Counted from the first letter of the stretch, positions 17,216-28,456 are shown. The stretch is 47,216 bases of DNA from Bacteroidota bacterium (GCA_027488495.1 JAIYBO010000006.1:1-47216), one strand, 5' to 3'. Numbers and translations are program-made. Notes: generated by a model not told the origin, from the sequence alone.

Positions 17216-19270
17216 TTACTTGGCCACCGCCAATTCTTTGAGGCGATTCCGAAGTGATTCCAATTCATCGCGCAATCTCGCCGCTTCCATGAATTCCATC
17301 TCCTTCGCAGCACGCATCATATCCTTCTCCGTGCGAACAATCATCTTCTCGATGCCCGCCTGGTCCATATAGGCAACCACAGGATCTGCCGCCATGTTGA
17401 TCCTACTTTCAGGCAAATTGTAATTGGCACCACTGCCCAATTCAACATCCCCAAACTTAGCATCAGCCACCGACGTTTGTTTGAATATCTCATCCGTACT
17501 CTTCAATACCGTCTTTGGCGTAATGCCGTGTTCCAAATTGTATTTTACCTGCTTTTCCCTTCTCCGATCTGTCTCTTCGATGGTTTTACGCATGCTCTCC
17601 GTAATCTTGTCGGCATACATAATCACCAAGCCCCTATCGTTTCGCGCTGCCCTACCAATCGTCTGTACCAAAGCGGTCTGACTTCTCAAAAATCCCTCCT
17701 TATCAGCATCCATGATCGCCACCAAACTCACCTCTGGCAAATCCAATCCCTCACGCAACAAATTCACACCGATCAACACATCTATTACCCCCATCCTCAA
17801 ATTTCTCAAAATTTCTACGCGATCCAAAGTCTTCACCTCACTGTGAATGTAATCCACCTTCACACCCAATCGCATCAAATACTTCGTCAACTCCTCCGCC
17901 ATACGCTTCGTCAACGTTGTCACCAACACCCGGTCCTTCATCTTGATCCGATTGTCTATTTCTTCAATCAAATCATCCACCTGATTCGCCAAAGGTCGAA
18001 TCAAAATTTGCGGATCCAACAACCCCGTAGGACGGATGAGCTGCTCCACCAAAATCCCTTCGCTCTCTTGTACTTCAAAATCCGCAGGCGTAGCACTCAC
18101 ATATACCGCTTGGTTCACCACCTGAAAAAATTCATCAAACTTCAATGGTCTATTGTCCATCGCTGCAGGCAACCTAAATCCATAATCCACCAAATTCATC
18201 TTCCGGCTCCTATCACCACCATACATCGCACGGATTTGGGGAATCGAAACGTGACTTTCGTCTACCACCAACATGAAATCTTTGGGGAAATAATCCAACA
18301 AACAAAAGGGTCTATCGCCCGGACCTCTGCGGTCGAAATACCGCGAATAGTTCTCAATGCCATTGCAATACCCCAATTCACGAATCATTTCCAAGTCAAA
18401 ATTCACCCGTTCCTCCAAACGCTTGGCTTCCAAAAATCGACCCGTCTCCCTGAAATACTCCAACTGCAACACCAAATCATCTTGAATTTGATAAATGATG
18501 TCTTTCAGTCGATCTCGTGGACTCACGTACAAATTCGCAGGGTAGATCGCCACGTCATCATGTCCCTCTATTTTCCGACCGCTGATGGGGTCGAAACTGA
18601 TAATTTCCTCAATTTCATCGCCAAAAAATGATACCCGATAGGCAAAATCGTTGTACGCCAAATGCACGTCCACCGTATCGCCCTTCACCCGAAAAGTACC
18701 CCTATTGAAATCCGCTGTGGTTCTGCTATACAAGCACTCCACCAAACGGAACAACAACGTATTCCTCGATATCACCTCTCCCTTACTGATTCGGATGATG
18801 GTGCTTTCAAAATCGGATGGATTTCCCGCGCCATAGATACAACTCACACTCGCCACCACAATGATATCCCGCCTTCCACTCAACAAACTCGAAACCGTTT
18901 TCAAACGCAACTTTTCAATTTCATCGTTGATGTTCAAATCCTTTTCGATGTAGGTTCCCGTAGTGGGGATGTAGGCCTCGGGCTGATAATAATCGTAATA
19001 ACTCACAAAATATTCCACCGCATTGTTCGGGAAAAACTGTTTGAATTCCCCGTAAAGCTGCGAAACCAACGTTTTATTGTGACTCAATACCAACGTGGGC
19101 CGCTGGGTTTGGGCAATCACATTCGCCATCGTAAAGGTCTTTCCAGACCCCGTAACGCCCAACAATGTTTGCGCCTTAACCCCCGCATTTACGCCCTCCA
19201 CCAACTGTTTGATGGCATTGGGCTGGTCACCCGTAGGTTCAAATGGCGATATCAATTCAAAGGCAGGCAT
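17216..19270 (-). CDS. uvrB: Excinuclease ABC subunit B
   Basis: GVTGSGKTFTMA (Walker A), VVDESHVSIPQ (DExH), helicase C-terminal motifs (QTIGRAARN) and a C-terminal UVR motif (MEFMEAARLRDELESL). Confidence 0.95.
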   Translation of the reverse strand: MPAFELISPFEPTGDQPNAIKQLVEGVNAGVKAQTLLGVTGSGKTFTMANVIAQTQRPTLVLSHNKTLVSQLYGEFKQFFPNNAVEYFVSYYDYYQPEAYIPTTGTYIEKDLNINDEIEKLRLKTVSSLLSGRRDIIVVASVSCIYGAGNPSDFESTIIRISKGEVISRNTLLFRLVECLYSRTTADFNRGTFRVKGDTVDVHLAYNDFAYRVSFFGDEIEEIISFDPISGRKIEGHDDVAIYPANLYVSPRDRLKDIIYQIQDDLVLQLEYFRETGRFLEAKRLEERVNFDLEMIRELGYCNGIENYSRYFDRRGPGDRPFCLLDYFPKDFMLVVDESHVSIPQIRAMYGGDRSRKMNLVDYGFRLPAAMDNRPLKFDEFFQVVNQAVYVSATPADFEVQESEGILVEQLIRPTGLLDPQILIRPLANQVDDLIEEIDNRIKMKDRVLVTTLTKRMAEELTKYLMRLGVKVDYIHSEVKTLDRVEILRNLRMGVIDVLIGVNLLREGLDLPEVSLVAIMDADKEGFLRSQTALVQTIGRAARNDRGLVIMYADKITESMRKTIEETDRRREKQVKYNLEHGITPKTVLKSTDEIFKQTSVADAKFGDVELGSGANYNLPESRINMAADPVVAYMDQAGIEKMIVRTEKDMMRAAKEMEFMEAARLRDELESLRNRLKELAVAK

Positions 19271-19277
19271 GAACAGA

Positions 19278-19285
19278 CAAAGTTA
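19278..19285 (-). promoter_or_regulatory. Bacteroidota -7 box (TAACTTTG on the minus strand)
   Basis: The plus strand reads caaagtta. There are 7 nt between the motif and the uvrB ATG (19270). Confidence 0.4.
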
Positions 19286-19343
19286 GCACAGACAAAGCAT
19301 CAATCACCCAATGGGAAATGAATAGTGCCAATTCAAATTTCCC

Positions 19344-19351
19344 TATCTTTG
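19344..19351 (+). promoter_or_regulatory. Bacteroidota -7 box (TATCTTTG)
   Basis: Exact TAnnTTTG match, with 7 nt between the motif and the ATG at 19359. Divergent from the uvrB promoter. Confidence 0.4.
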
Positions 19352-19358
19352 CAGTTGC

Positions 19359-21764
19359 ATGCAAGAGGTAGCCCAAAAACCCGCAGAAATCAGTAAAGAA
19401 GCCTTTGTGCAAGAAGTATTGAACGATTATCGCATCGCCTTTGAAAGCCGTCAAGCCAGCTTGATCGGTAGAAAAGAGGTGCTCACTGGTAAAGCCAAAT
19501 TTGGCATTTTTGGAGACGGTAAAGAAGTGGCCCAAATGGCCATGGCCAAAGTTTTCCAACATGGCGATTGGAGAAGCGGTTACTACCGCGACCAAACTTT
19601 CATGTTCGCAAAAGGCATCAGCAACGTGCACGCCTTCTTCGCCCAACTATACGCCATCCCCGATACCGAAAAAGAACCCGCGAGCGGTGGACGTTCTATG
19701 AATGGACACTTTGCCACTCGACTTCTCGATGATCAAGGCAATTGGCTGCCACAAACCGATCGATACAACAGCAGCGCCGATATTTCCCCCACAGCCGGAC
19801 AGATGCCCAGATTGCTGGGTTTGGCAGTGGCTTCAAAATTGTACCGCGAAAACCCCGATCTGCACGCATTTGATCAGTTTTCAAACAAAGGCAATGAAAT
19901 CGCCTTCGGTACCATCGGTAACGCCTCCTCCTCTGAAGGCATTTTTTGGGAAGTCATGAACGCCGCTTGTGTAATGCAAGTGCCCCTATTGATGAGCCTT
20001 TGGGATGATGGTTACGGCATCTCAGTGCCCGCAAAATTTCAAACTGCCAAAGAAAATATCGCCGCACTCATGCGCGGTTTCCAAAGCAATGAAGAAGGCC
20101 AAGGACTAGAACTCCTCACCGCCCGCGGTTGGAATTATCCAGAACTTTGTCAAGTATACAAACAAGCCGCAGACATCTGCCGCGAAAAACATACCCCCGT
20201 ATTGGTTCATGTAACCGAAGTAACACAGCCCCAAGGCCACTCTACTTCTGGAAGCCATGAACGATACAAAAGCAAAGAACGCCTCGATTGGGAAATAGAA
20301 TACGACTGTATCGCCCAAATGCGCAATTGGATCATCGGCCAAAATATCGCCACCGAAGAATCCCTCACTACCCTAGAAAATGAGGCCCTTCAATCGGTAA
20401 AAGATGCCCAAAAACAAGCCTGGACAGACTACCTACAACCCATCAAAACGGAAGTTTCTGGCCTCATCAATCTCCTCAATCAGTTGGCAAACAGCGGTCT
20501 TTCAAACGAACTATCCGCCATCGCCAATGAATTGGAACAAGCCAAAGACCCCATCCGCAGAGATATGGGCGTAGCACTGCACAAAGCACTCAGACTTACC
20601 GTCCATGCCGATGCCAGTGCAAGAAAACCCTTGCTCGACTACCTAAAAGCCTTCGAAAACCTCAACGGCGAACGCTATAGCAGTCATACCTACAGCCAAA
20701 GCGAACACAGCGTTTTCAATGTACCTGAAATACCCGCCCAATTCACCGATGAAATCGTAGACGGTTACCAAGTGGTGAGAGCCTGCTTCGATGCCAACCT
20801 CGACCGCGACCCCCGCGTATTTGCCTTCGGTGAAGACGTAGGTAAAATTGGCGACGTAAACCAAGGTTTCTCTGGCATGCAAGAGAAATATGGTGAGTTG
20901 CGCGTGACCGATAAAGGCATCCGCGAATGGAGTATCATCGGTGAAGGCATCGGTGCCGCCATGAGAGGCCTCCGTCCAATCGCCGAAATCCAATACCTCG
21001 ATTACCTGCTCTATGCCCTTGAGCCGATGAGCGATGATATCGCTACCATGCAATATCGCACCAAGGGTGGACAAAAAACGCCGATTATCATCCGTACCCG
21101 CGGACATCGTTTAGAAGGCATTTGGCACTCCGGCAGTCCAATGGGCATGATCATCCATGCCGTTCGTGGTATGCATGTGTGTGTTCCAAGAAATATGACC
21201 CAAGCCGCCGGTATGTACAACACTTTGTTGCGTGCCGACGAACCCGCACTTGTGGTAGAATGCCTCAACGGATATCGCATCAAAGAAAAATTGCCGAGCA
21301 ACATCGGTGAATTCACCGTTCCTTTGGGTCGCCCCGATGTGCTTCGATATGGCGAAGATGTTACCTTGGTAACCTATGGTTCATGCTGCCGCATCGCTCA
21401 AGAAGCCTGTGACCTGCTCGCAAATCATGGCATCCGTGTAGAACTCATAGACGTACAAACTTTGTTGCCGTTTGACATCAACCACAGCATCGTGCAGAGT
21501 TTGAAATCCACCAACAGAATTGTATTCCTCGATGAAGACGTTCCAGGTGGTGCAACCTCATTTATGATGCAGCAAGTGCTTGAAATTCAAGGTGGTTACA
21601 AACACCTCGATAGCACCCCCATTACCATCACAGCAAAAGAGCACAGACCCGCATATGGTTCTGATGGCGATTACTTCAGCAAGCCTTCGGTAGACACCGT
21701 TTTCAGCACCATTTACCAGATGATGCATGAAAGCAACCCCGCCAAATGGCCCAGTTTGTTGTAA
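19359..21764 (+). CDS. Thiamine-diphosphate-dependent 2-oxoacid dehydrogenase E1 component, fused alpha/beta subunits
   Basis: 801 aa. The N-terminal half is E1-alpha-like. The C-terminal half is E1-beta/transketolase-like (FGEDVGKIGDVNQGFSGMQEKYGELRVTDKGIREWSIIGEGIGAAMRGLRPIAEIQYLDY). Confidence 0.8.
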   Translation: MQEVAQKPAEISKEAFVQEVLNDYRIAFESRQASLIGRKEVLTGKAKFGIFGDGKEVAQMAMAKVFQHGDWRSGYYRDQTFMFAKGISNVHAFFAQLYAIPDTEKEPASGGRSMNGHFATRLLDDQGNWLPQTDRYNSSADISPTAGQMPRLLGLAVASKLYRENPDLHAFDQFSNKGNEIAFGTIGNASSSEGIFWEVMNAACVMQVPLLMSLWDDGYGISVPAKFQTAKENIAALMRGFQSNEEGQGLELLTARGWNYPELCQVYKQAADICREKHTPVLVHVTEVTQPQGHSTSGSHERYKSKERLDWEIEYDCIAQMRNWIIGQNIATEESLTTLENEALQSVKDAQKQAWTDYLQPIKTEVSGLINLLNQLANSGLSNELSAIANELEQAKDPIRRDMGVALHKALRLTVHADASARKPLLDYLKAFENLNGERYSSHTYSQSEHSVFNVPEIPAQFTDEIVDGYQVVRACFDANLDRDPRVFAFGEDVGKIGDVNQGFSGMQEKYGELRVTDKGIREWSIIGEGIGAAMRGLRPIAEIQYLDYLLYALEPMSDDIATMQYRTKGGQKTPIIIRTRGHRLEGIWHSGSPMGMIIHAVRGMHVCVPRNMTQAAGMYNTLLRADEPALVVECLNGYRIKEKLPSNIGEFTVPLGRPDVLRYGEDVTLVTYGSCCRIAQEACDLLANHGIRVELIDVQTLLPFDINHSIVQSLKSTNRIVFLDEDVPGGATSFMMQQVLEIQGGYKHLDSTPITITAKEHRPAYGSDGDYFSKPSVDTVFSTIYQMMHESNPAKWPSLL

Positions 21765-21849
21765 AAACCACTTTTTTCTTGGTGTAAAGTTGATGCAAAG
21801 TCCCTTTCGATGAAGCAGTTCAACTGTTTTTAACGAAATTTGCTGTACA

Positions 21850-24537
21850 GTGAATACCACCTTTCCTTCTTTATTCCGCCTATCGGGCCTCGAGCCATTT
21901 ACACTTACCCGCGAAACCAACTTCGTGAACATCGGTGAACGTACCAACGTAACCGGTAGCCGACAGTTTGCCAAAATGATCTTGGCCGGTGATTTCAATC
22001 GCGGATTAGATGTTGCAAGACAACAGGTAGAAAACGGAGCACAAGTCATCGACGTGAACATGGACGAAGGCATGCTCGATGGTAAAGAAGCCATGGTAAC
22101 TTTCCTGAATCTGATCGCCGCTGAACCAGATATTTCTCGCGTGCCCATCATGATCGATTCCAGCAAATGGGAAGTGATTGAAGCCGGTTTGAAATGTCTC
22201 CAAGGCAAAGGCATCGTGAATTCAATTTCACTGAAAGATGGTGAAGCCGCCTTCATCCAAAAAGCGAAATTGGTGCATCGCTATGGTGCCGCTGTGGTGG
22301 TTATGGCGTTCGATGAAACCGGCCAAGCCGATAGTTTTCAGCGCAAAATTGATGTTTGTAAACGCAGTTACGATGTCTTAAAAAGCATCGGATTCCCTGT
22401 AAACGACATCATTTTTGATCCCAACATCCTCACCGTTGCAACGGGCATCGATGAGCACAACAACTACGCCGTAGACTTCATCGAAGCCACCCGTTGGATC
22501 AAACAAAACCTTCCAGGAGCCAAAGTCTCTGGCGGTGTTTCCAATATCAGTTTCTCTTTTCGTGGCAACGACCGCGTGAGAGAGGCCATGCACTCTGCGT
22601 TCTTATATCACGCCATCAAAGCGGGCCTCGATATGGGTATCGTGAATGCCGGAATGGTTGAAGTGTACGATGAAATTCCAAAAGACCTCCTCGAACACGT
22701 AGAGGATGTTTTACTGAATCGTAGAACCGACGCCACCGAACGATTGGTCACCCTCGCTGATCAATTCAAAGGCAAAAAAGAAGAGAAAATCGAAGAAACC
22801 CAAGCTTGGCGTTTGACCAGTGTGGAAGAGCGCTTGAGTCACAGTTTAATAAAAGGAATTACCGAATTCATCGACGAGGACACTGAAGAAGCATACCAGA
22901 AATACAAAGAAGCCCTACACGTGATTGAAGGTCCTTTGATGGATGGCATGAACCATGTGGGCGACCTGTTCGGCGCTGGAAAAATGTTCCTTCCCCAGGT
23001 GGTAAAAAGTGCCCGCGTGATGAAAAAATCCGTGGCCTACCTGCAACCCTACCTCGAAGCCCAAAAAGCCCTTAACCCCAACGCCAAACCCCAAGGTAAA
23101 ATATTGATGGCTACCGTAAAAGGCGATGTACACGATATCGGGAAAAACATCGTAGGCGTAGTATTGGCTTGTAACAATTACGAAATCAAAGACATCGGTG
23201 TAATGGTTCCCGCCGATAAAATATTGGATGAAGCCCAATCTTGGGGTGCCGATATCATCGGATTATCCGGTTTAATTACCCCCAGTTTGGATGAAATGGT
23301 GCACGTGGCCAAGGAAATGACCCGCCGCGGAATGTCTACCCCATTGCTCATCGGTGGTGCAACAACCTCTAGAATTCACACCGCAGTGAAAATTGCGCCT
23401 GTTTATGCCCACCCCATCGTTCACGTATTGGATGCCTCCCGCTCAGTGCCAGTGGCCGGTAGCCTTCTGGGCGATGAAACCAAAGCAGATTTCGCCCAAA
23501 AAATCAAAGACGAATACGTAACGTTGGCGGAAAATCACGCCAAACGACAGTCTACCAAAGATTTAATTACCGTTGAAGAGGCCATTGCCAATCGTTGGAA
23601 ACACGATGGCGCAGTGATTGAACCCAATCAAATTGGCATCCATGCCATCGAAATGCCTTTGTCTGATTTGGTTGATACCATTGATTGGACGCCCTTCTTC
23701 CAAACATGGGAGTTGGCCGGTCAGTACCCCGCAATCCTGGAAGACGAAATCGTAGGATCTGAAGCGAAAAAGTTGCTTCACGATGCCAAAACGATGCTGA
23801 ACGATTTGGTTGAAAACAAAAAATTAACCGCCAAAGGCGTTTGGTATATCCTTCCCGCCAAAAAAATGGGTGAAGACCTAGCTGTTTATCAGTCAGTTGA
23901 GGATGCCCAAGCAGATTTCAATGGTTCAACAGCCCTCAAAACGTTCCACTTTTTACGCCAACAACGCAAAATGGCAGGTGGATTGCCCAATTATTCTCTC
24001 GTGGATTTTATTGCCGATGACCAAATCGACTACTTCGGCGGATTCGCAGTAACAACAGGTATAGGTTTAGAACCCATTGTAGCGGCATTTGAAGCCCAGC
24101 ACGACGATTATCAATCCATCATGGCCAAAGCCCTTGCCGATCGATTGGCCGAGAGCTTTGCGGAAGTGTTACACCAAAAGGTAAGAACCGAATTCTGGGG
24201 ATATGCCAATGAATCACAATTGAGCAACGAAGACCTCATTCGGGAGAAATACCAGGGCATCCGGCCTGCGCCCGGCTACCCAGCATGCCCAGACCACACA
24301 GAAAAATCCGCGTTGTTCGATTTACTTCAAGCCCCTGAATCTGCCAATATCATCTTAACAGAATCCATGGCCATGCTACCCGCTGCCTCCGTCAGCGGCT
24401 GGTATTTTGCCCACCCCCAAAGTAAATACTTTGGTTTGGGCAAAATCAACAAAGACCAAGTGGTACAATACGCAGAAAGAAAAGGCATGGACCTAGAAAC
24501 CGCGGAACGCTGGCTAAGCCCCGTACTGGCATACTAA
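21850..24537 (+). CDS. metH: Cobalamin-dependent methionine synthase lacking the homocysteine-binding domain (pterin-binding, B12 and AdoMet-activation domains only)
   Basis: GTG start. The N-terminus [29 protein letters not shown] matches the linker and pterin-domain start of full-length MetH. Also present: [11 protein letters not shown] (DxHxxG), [10 protein letters not shown] and [12 protein letters not shown]. 895 aa. Confidence 0.9.
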   Translation: MNTTFPSLFRLSGLEPFTLTRETNFVNIGERTNVTGSRQFAKMILAGDFNRGLDVARQQVENGAQVIDVNMDEGMLDGKEAMVTFLNLIAAEPDISRVPIMIDSSKWEVIEAGLKCLQGKGIVNSISLKDGEAAFIQKAKLVHRYGAAVVVMAFDETGQADSFQRKIDVCKRSYDVLKSIGFPVNDIIFDPNILTVATGIDEHNNYAVDFIEATRWIKQNLPGAKVSGGVSNISFSFRGNDRVREAMHSAFLYHAIKAGLDMGIVNAGMVEVYDEIPKDLLEHVEDVLLNRRTDATERLVTLADQFKGKKEEKIEETQAWRLTSVEERLSHSLIKGITEFIDEDTEEAYQKYKEALHVIEGPLMDGMNHVGDLFGAGKMFLPQVVKSARVMKKSVAYLQPYLEAQKALNPNAKPQGKILMATVKGDVHDIGKNIVGVVLACNNYEIKDIGVMVPADKILDEAQSWGADIIGLSGLITPSLDEMVHVAKEMTRRGMSTPLLIGGATTSRIHTAVKIAPVYAHPIVHVLDASRSVPVAGSLLGDETKADFAQKIKDEYVTLAENHAKRQSTKDLITVEEAIANRWKHDGAVIEPNQIGIHAIEMPLSDLVDTIDWTPFFQTWELAGQYPAILEDEIVGSEAKKLLHDAKTMLNDLVENKKLTAKGVWYILPAKKMGEDLAVYQSVEDAQADFNGSTALKTFHFLRQQRKMAGGLPNYSLVDFIADDQIDYFGGFAVTTGIGLEPIVAAFEAQHDDYQSIMAKALADRLAESFAEVLHQKVRTEFWGYANESQLSNEDLIREKYQGIRPAPGYPACPDHTEKSALFDLLQAPESANIILTESMAMLPAASVSGWYFAHPQSKYFGLGKINKDQVVQYAERKGMDLETAERWLSPVLAY

Positions 24538-24575
24538 TCCTAAATTACACCCCTAAAACCCTCAAAAAAGGGAAC

Positions 24576-25709
24576 CTATTTCTTGAAAGGATTGGCATAT
24601 GCCGGATTGGCCAAAAACGCCGTATCCGTCATCGTCATTAAAAATGCCTTCAAATCGGCCTTCTGCTGAACCGTTAACTTCAATTGACGATTGCCATGTG
24701 CTGCCATCATCGGACTGATCGTGGGCGACAAATAATTTACATTGTCGCTGTAGTGATCGATCACCTCATCCAAAGTCGCAAAACGACCGTCGTGCATATA
24801 TGGCGCCGTCACTGAAATATTCAATAAACTCGGAGTTTTAAACAACCCGCGATCAGCAGGATTTCCCGTAATCGCACCGTATCCCTTATCAGGAAAATTG
24901 CCATCCAAACCATTGTTCGCAATGCCACCCATATCCGGATTGTTCTGTTGGGCAAGCCCTCCGCCATGACAATGGAAGCAATCAGCACCCGTCGTTAATC
25001 CAGTAACTGCATCAAAATCAACCAAGCCATTGAACAACAACGCACCACGCTTCTCACTGTCATTCAACAAACTAAACTTTCCAGGAAAAAATGCATTGAA
25101 CCGACTCCCGTTGCTCACCAAGGTCAAAAGGAATTGCTCCAACGCCTTCGACATATCAAACACATTGGGCTTAGAACCAAAAGCCTTATCAAAATACTCA
25201 ATATAACGCTGTGTCCTACCCAATTTCTTGGCCAACAAAGGCAATGTCATGGCCATCTCGTTGTGCGCCTGAATGGGCTCAAAAACCAACTCCCTGAGTG
25301 TACTCTGACGAGCATCCCAAAAGAATTTCTTGCTGTAAGCCAAATTGTACAAACTGCTGCTGTTTCTATTTGCCTGTAGACCATAAATCCCTGTACTCAA
25401 TCGCTTGGTCTCGGTAAACGCATTTTCCTGCCTATGGCAACTACCACAAGAAATAGAACTGTCGAAAGACAACATCGGATCGTAGAACAACATCCTACCC
25501 AAATACACACCCTCAACCGTAAACGGATTGTCTGAAGGCAAAGTCGGCATCCCAAACTTACCTACTGGAAAAATGCTCGTAGGATCAATCACCGTAGGCT
25601 TGTATACCGTGGGTTCTCCGCCCACCAAAGGGTCTTTGGGGTCTTTTTTACACGACCACAATCCCAACGTGAGACACAATCCAAGCAATACAATACGGTT
25701 CATGATCAC
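24576..25709 (-). CDS. Di-haem cytochrome c peroxidase / MauG-family lipoprotein (MbnH-like)
   Basis: Lipobox LGLWSC, two haem c sites (CGSCH and CFHCH) and PYMHDGRFATLDEVIDHY. It lies 3 nt downstream of the MbnP-like gene. Confidence 0.85.
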   Translation of the reverse strand: MIMNRIVLLGLCLTLGLWSCKKDPKDPLVGGEPTVYKPTVIDPTSIFPVGKFGMPTLPSDNPFTVEGVYLGRMLFYDPMLSFDSSISCGSCHRQENAFTETKRLSTGIYGLQANRNSSSLYNLAYSKKFFWDARQSTLRELVFEPIQAHNEMAMTLPLLAKKLGRTQRYIEYFDKAFGSKPNVFDMSKALEQFLLTLVSNGSRFNAFFPGKFSLLNDSEKRGALLFNGLVDFDAVTGLTTGADCFHCHGGGLAQQNNPDMGGIANNGLDGNFPDKGYGAITGNPADRGLFKTPSLLNISVTAPYMHDGRFATLDEVIDHYSDNVNYLSPTISPMMAAHGNRQLKLTVQQKADLKAFLMTMTDTAFLANPAYANPFKK

Positions 25710-25712
25710 AGT

Positions 25713-26519
25713 TTATGGTAACGCAATCTCAAATGCAGAATATTGCTGCAAATTGTCTAACAACTTTTGCATCAAAGCCGTTTCCTTCACCCCCTCCGAA
25801 TGAGATACAGAACCCTTTTTCAACTCCACCCCTTGAAACAACCGATTGATATGATAATTGAAACCCACAGATGTATTTGCCTTGTCCTTCACCTCAAAAG
25901 TAGCAGCACCCAATGTGCCACCTACCGGCACCTCAAATTTACGCGTCATTGCATCTGTAGCCGTATGGAAACTCATGCCCTTACTATATTTATCAGTTAA
26001 ACTGTCCTTGTAATTTCCATCAATCGCTTGAAAGATGTATCCGCCAGCCCAGCCCCAATGCATACCCGTCAGATTACCATTCAAAGGATGTTCGGCACCC
26101 CATTGGTTGGGATCCCCGTGGTTTACATCATAGTCCATGCCGAGCATGAACTTTACCGACTTATATTTCCCAACAGGTACTTCATATTTGAATTGGGTTC
26201 TTCCCTTTTTAAAGTCAATCCACTGATATCCATCACCCAACAAAACCTCGGTTCCGTCCTCCTTCACCAGTGAAAGTTTACTCACGATCATCCCAAAATT
26301 GAAAAATTGTATGTACTCCTTTTGGGTCGATGGTTGCTCGAACCAGCCCGACAAAAATGTCAAAGGCTTACTATCCCATAAAGCACTGAAGTTCAACTCA
26401 ACCGTGGGTTTATCCTGTACTACAACAACCGGTGGTTCAATCGGATCTTCACAAGACTGGAAACCCAACGATAACAAGCCCAATGCACAACCTAAAACCC
26501 AATTTTTCATATGCTTCAT
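25713..26519 (-). CDS. MbnP-like lipoprotein (putative copper-binding partner of the peroxidase)
   Basis: Lipobox LGFQSC, 268 aa, a GMHWGWAGGYIF block, and a position immediately upstream of a di-haem peroxidase. The family is assigned from memory of the motif and context, not from a search. Confidence 0.55.
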   Translation of the reverse strand: MKHMKNWVLGCALGLLSLGFQSCEDPIEPPVVVVQDKPTVELNFSALWDSKPLTFLSGWFEQPSTQKEYIQFFNFGMIVSKLSLVKEDGTEVLLGDGYQWIDFKKGRTQFKYEVPVGKYKSVKFMLGMDYDVNHGDPNQWGAEHPLNGNLTGMHWGWAGGYIFQAIDGNYKDSLTDKYSKGMSFHTATDAMTRKFEVPVGGTLGAATFEVKDKANTSVGFNYHINRLFQGVELKKGSVSHSEGVKETALMQKLLDNLQQYSAFEIALP

Positions 26520-26521
26520 GT

Positions 26522-28456
26522 TTAATTTTTTATCACTTTATACGAATATACAAAATTTCCGTCGTTTAAACGAATGAAATAAGGCCCCGCACTCAAACCC
26601 TCCAAACTCACCGTCACTTGGTTTGTTGAACGGCCGCCAGTATTCGTTTCCCTTACTTTTTTCCCTATTCCATTGTAAATTTCCATAGAAATTACAGATG
26701 CATTTCTCGCATAAATCGTGAACACATTACCACCCGTTGGATTTGGGAACAATTCAAATGGCATCTGCTGCACGCGATTCAAATTGATACCTCCCACACT
26801 CGCCTTGGCCAAAACTTTCACATATGGATCAAAAATCATGGTATCCACCTGAAAATCCATCTTCAGCTTCATACTCGCATCCAAAGCGTTTGGCTCCCAC
26901 AAAATAAAACGCTCTTTTCCATTCCCTTTTACCAACATAGGCACCTTTATGTACCACAATGGCACGCTGTTGTGCGATGGCATTTGATTGTATTGGATTG
27001 TGAGCTCATCGCCCTTTTGCTTCCAATTGATTTTCACGTATGGAAACCCTTCGCCATAATACCATTGCTTGAAAAAGGTATCCAAATTTCTCCCACTTGA
27101 TTTCTCCATATACCATTGCAAATCTGCTGTCTTCGCAAAACCATACGTGGTGTTCTTGCCCCGCAAATACATCCTACAACCTTCAAAAAATGCACTATCC
27201 CCCACCTTGTCTCTCAACATATGTAACACCCACGCCCCCTTGGTATATGTCAATCGCCCGTTAAACAATCCCCCCACATTCAATGTGTCTTTCGGGAAAA
27301 CTGAACCGCCATCATTCCCCGTAACATTGCTCCTCATCCCGCGCAAACGGATAAGCCCCTCTTGTTTTGGACGTAAATATTCGTAAACCAACTCCGTTAA
27401 ATACGTGGCAAAACCCTCATTCAACCATAAATCTTGCCATGTACCACAGGTAACCATATTCCCAAACCACTGATGCGCCAATTCATGCGCCATCAAATCG
27501 TACGAGAAATTCACCATAAAACTCATCGTCTGATGCTCCATGCCGCCGCCCCAAGTGAATTGCGCATGTCCGTATTTCTCCTCCACAAAGGGATATGGGA
27601 CAAACAAACTATCAAACAACCTCAACATCGGCAACACATCCTTGGTTTCTCTCTCCGCATCCGTTCTGAACTGAGGAAACACAAAATTCTGCACTGGCAA
27701 AGGCTTCGCCCTACCCAACAAATTGGCATACTGCGTGTATTCACTGTAATTGGTTACCGCAATGGCCACCAAATAAGTAACAATCGGATAGCGATGCTTC
27801 CATACCATCAATCGCTGTGAATCATTCAAAACTTCATTTCTCACCAACAAGCCATTACTCGCCGCCTTCAACGATGTATCCGTGTATACCCAAATGTCCA
27901 AACTATCAATTTTATCGTGCAAACTTTGCTTACATGGCCACCAATACTGAGCACCATACGGTTCGCTCAACGTATGCACGATCGGGCCTTTCATATGATT
28001 GTCGTGAACGAAATACCCAAAACCGCCACCATTGGTTGGATTTCCTTGATAAACGATGCCAACCGAATCTTGCTCCCCAGCCTTCCAACCCAACGGTTTG
28101 AATACATACATCTGGTTTCCGCTACGTCGATACGTCAACAAATCCCCATTTTTGCCATATACACGATCTACTTTGAGATTCGATGATAGGTCAAAACCCA
28201 CAGAATCCGTATTCTCGATAACCGTAAACGCCGCCAAAACATCGCCTTGGAAATAAGGACCTTTGATCGGATTTACCCACCATTTACAACGATTGTAATT
28301 GATCAAATACCCATGTTTTACACCTGAATTGTTTCGCCGCGATAATTGCCTTTCTGCATGCGCACCCTCCTTGCAGATAAACTCATCAGGCAACTCCTGA
28401 GCACTTCCAGGCAGAACCCATAATCCCAACACCATCAATCCGATAAGAAATCGCAT
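26522..28456 (-). CDS. M1-family zinc metallopeptidase (aminopeptidase N-like) with a T9SS C-terminal sorting domain
   Basis: HELAHQWFGN followed by WLNEGFATY (HEXXH-E). The C-terminal FELFPNPTGGNVFTIYA...IYNGIGKKV...YFIRLNDG...KVIKN is a Por secretion tail. The ATG at 28456 gives signal peptide MRFLIGLMVLGLWVLPGSAQ. The GTG at 28480 and ATG at 28474 are possible alternative starts. Confidence 0.85.
   Translation of the reverse strand: MRFLIGLMVLGLWVLPGSAQELPDEFICKEGAHAERQLSRRNNSGVKHGYLINYNRCKWWVNPIKGPYFQGDVLAAFTVIENTDSVGFDLSSNLKVDRVYGKNGDLLTYRRSGNQMYVFKPLGWKAGEQDSVGIVYQGNPTNGGGFGYFVHDNHMKGPIVHTLSEPYGAQYWWPCKQSLHDKIDSLDIWVYTDTSLKAASNGLLVRNEVLNDSQRLMVWKHRYPIVTYLVAIAVTNYSEYTQYANLLGRAKPLPVQNFVFPQFRTDAERETKDVLPMLRLFDSLFVPYPFVEEKYGHAQFTWGGGMEHQTMSFMVNFSYDLMAHELAHQWFGNMVTCGTWQDLWLNEGFATYLTELVYEYLRPKQEGLIRLRGMRSNVTGNDGGSVFPKDTLNVGGLFNGRLTYTKGAWVLHMLRDKVGDSAFFEGCRMYLRGKNTTYGFAKTADLQWYMEKSSGRNLDTFFKQWYYGEGFPYVKINWKQKGDELTIQYNQMPSHNSVPLWYIKVPMLVKGNGKERFILWEPNALDASMKLKMDFQVDTMIFDPYVKVLAKASVGGINLNRVQQMPFELFPNPTGGNVFTIYARNASVISMEIYNGIGKKVRETNTGGRSTNQVTVSLEGLSAGPYFIRLNDGNFVYSYKVIKN

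Noticed and set aside
17477-18631. A 384-codon plus-strand ORF lying entirely inside uvrB on the opposite strand. It is unusually long for a non-coding frame.
   Set aside because: It is the codon-aligned antisense frame of uvrB. Stops there would require sense-strand TTA, CTA or TCA codons, which this C-ending-codon-biased genome avoids. The translation is low-complexity (H/Q/L/R/I-rich) with no recognisable motif, whereas uvrB is unambiguous.
21765-21849. Riboswitch or leader elements upstream of metH (cobalamin/SAM), ileS (5926-6004), lysS (10350-10386) and gltA (12162-12291).
   Set aside because: The spacers are only 37-130 nt and lack extended conserved-looking helices, so they are too short for these riboswitch classes or for T-box leaders.
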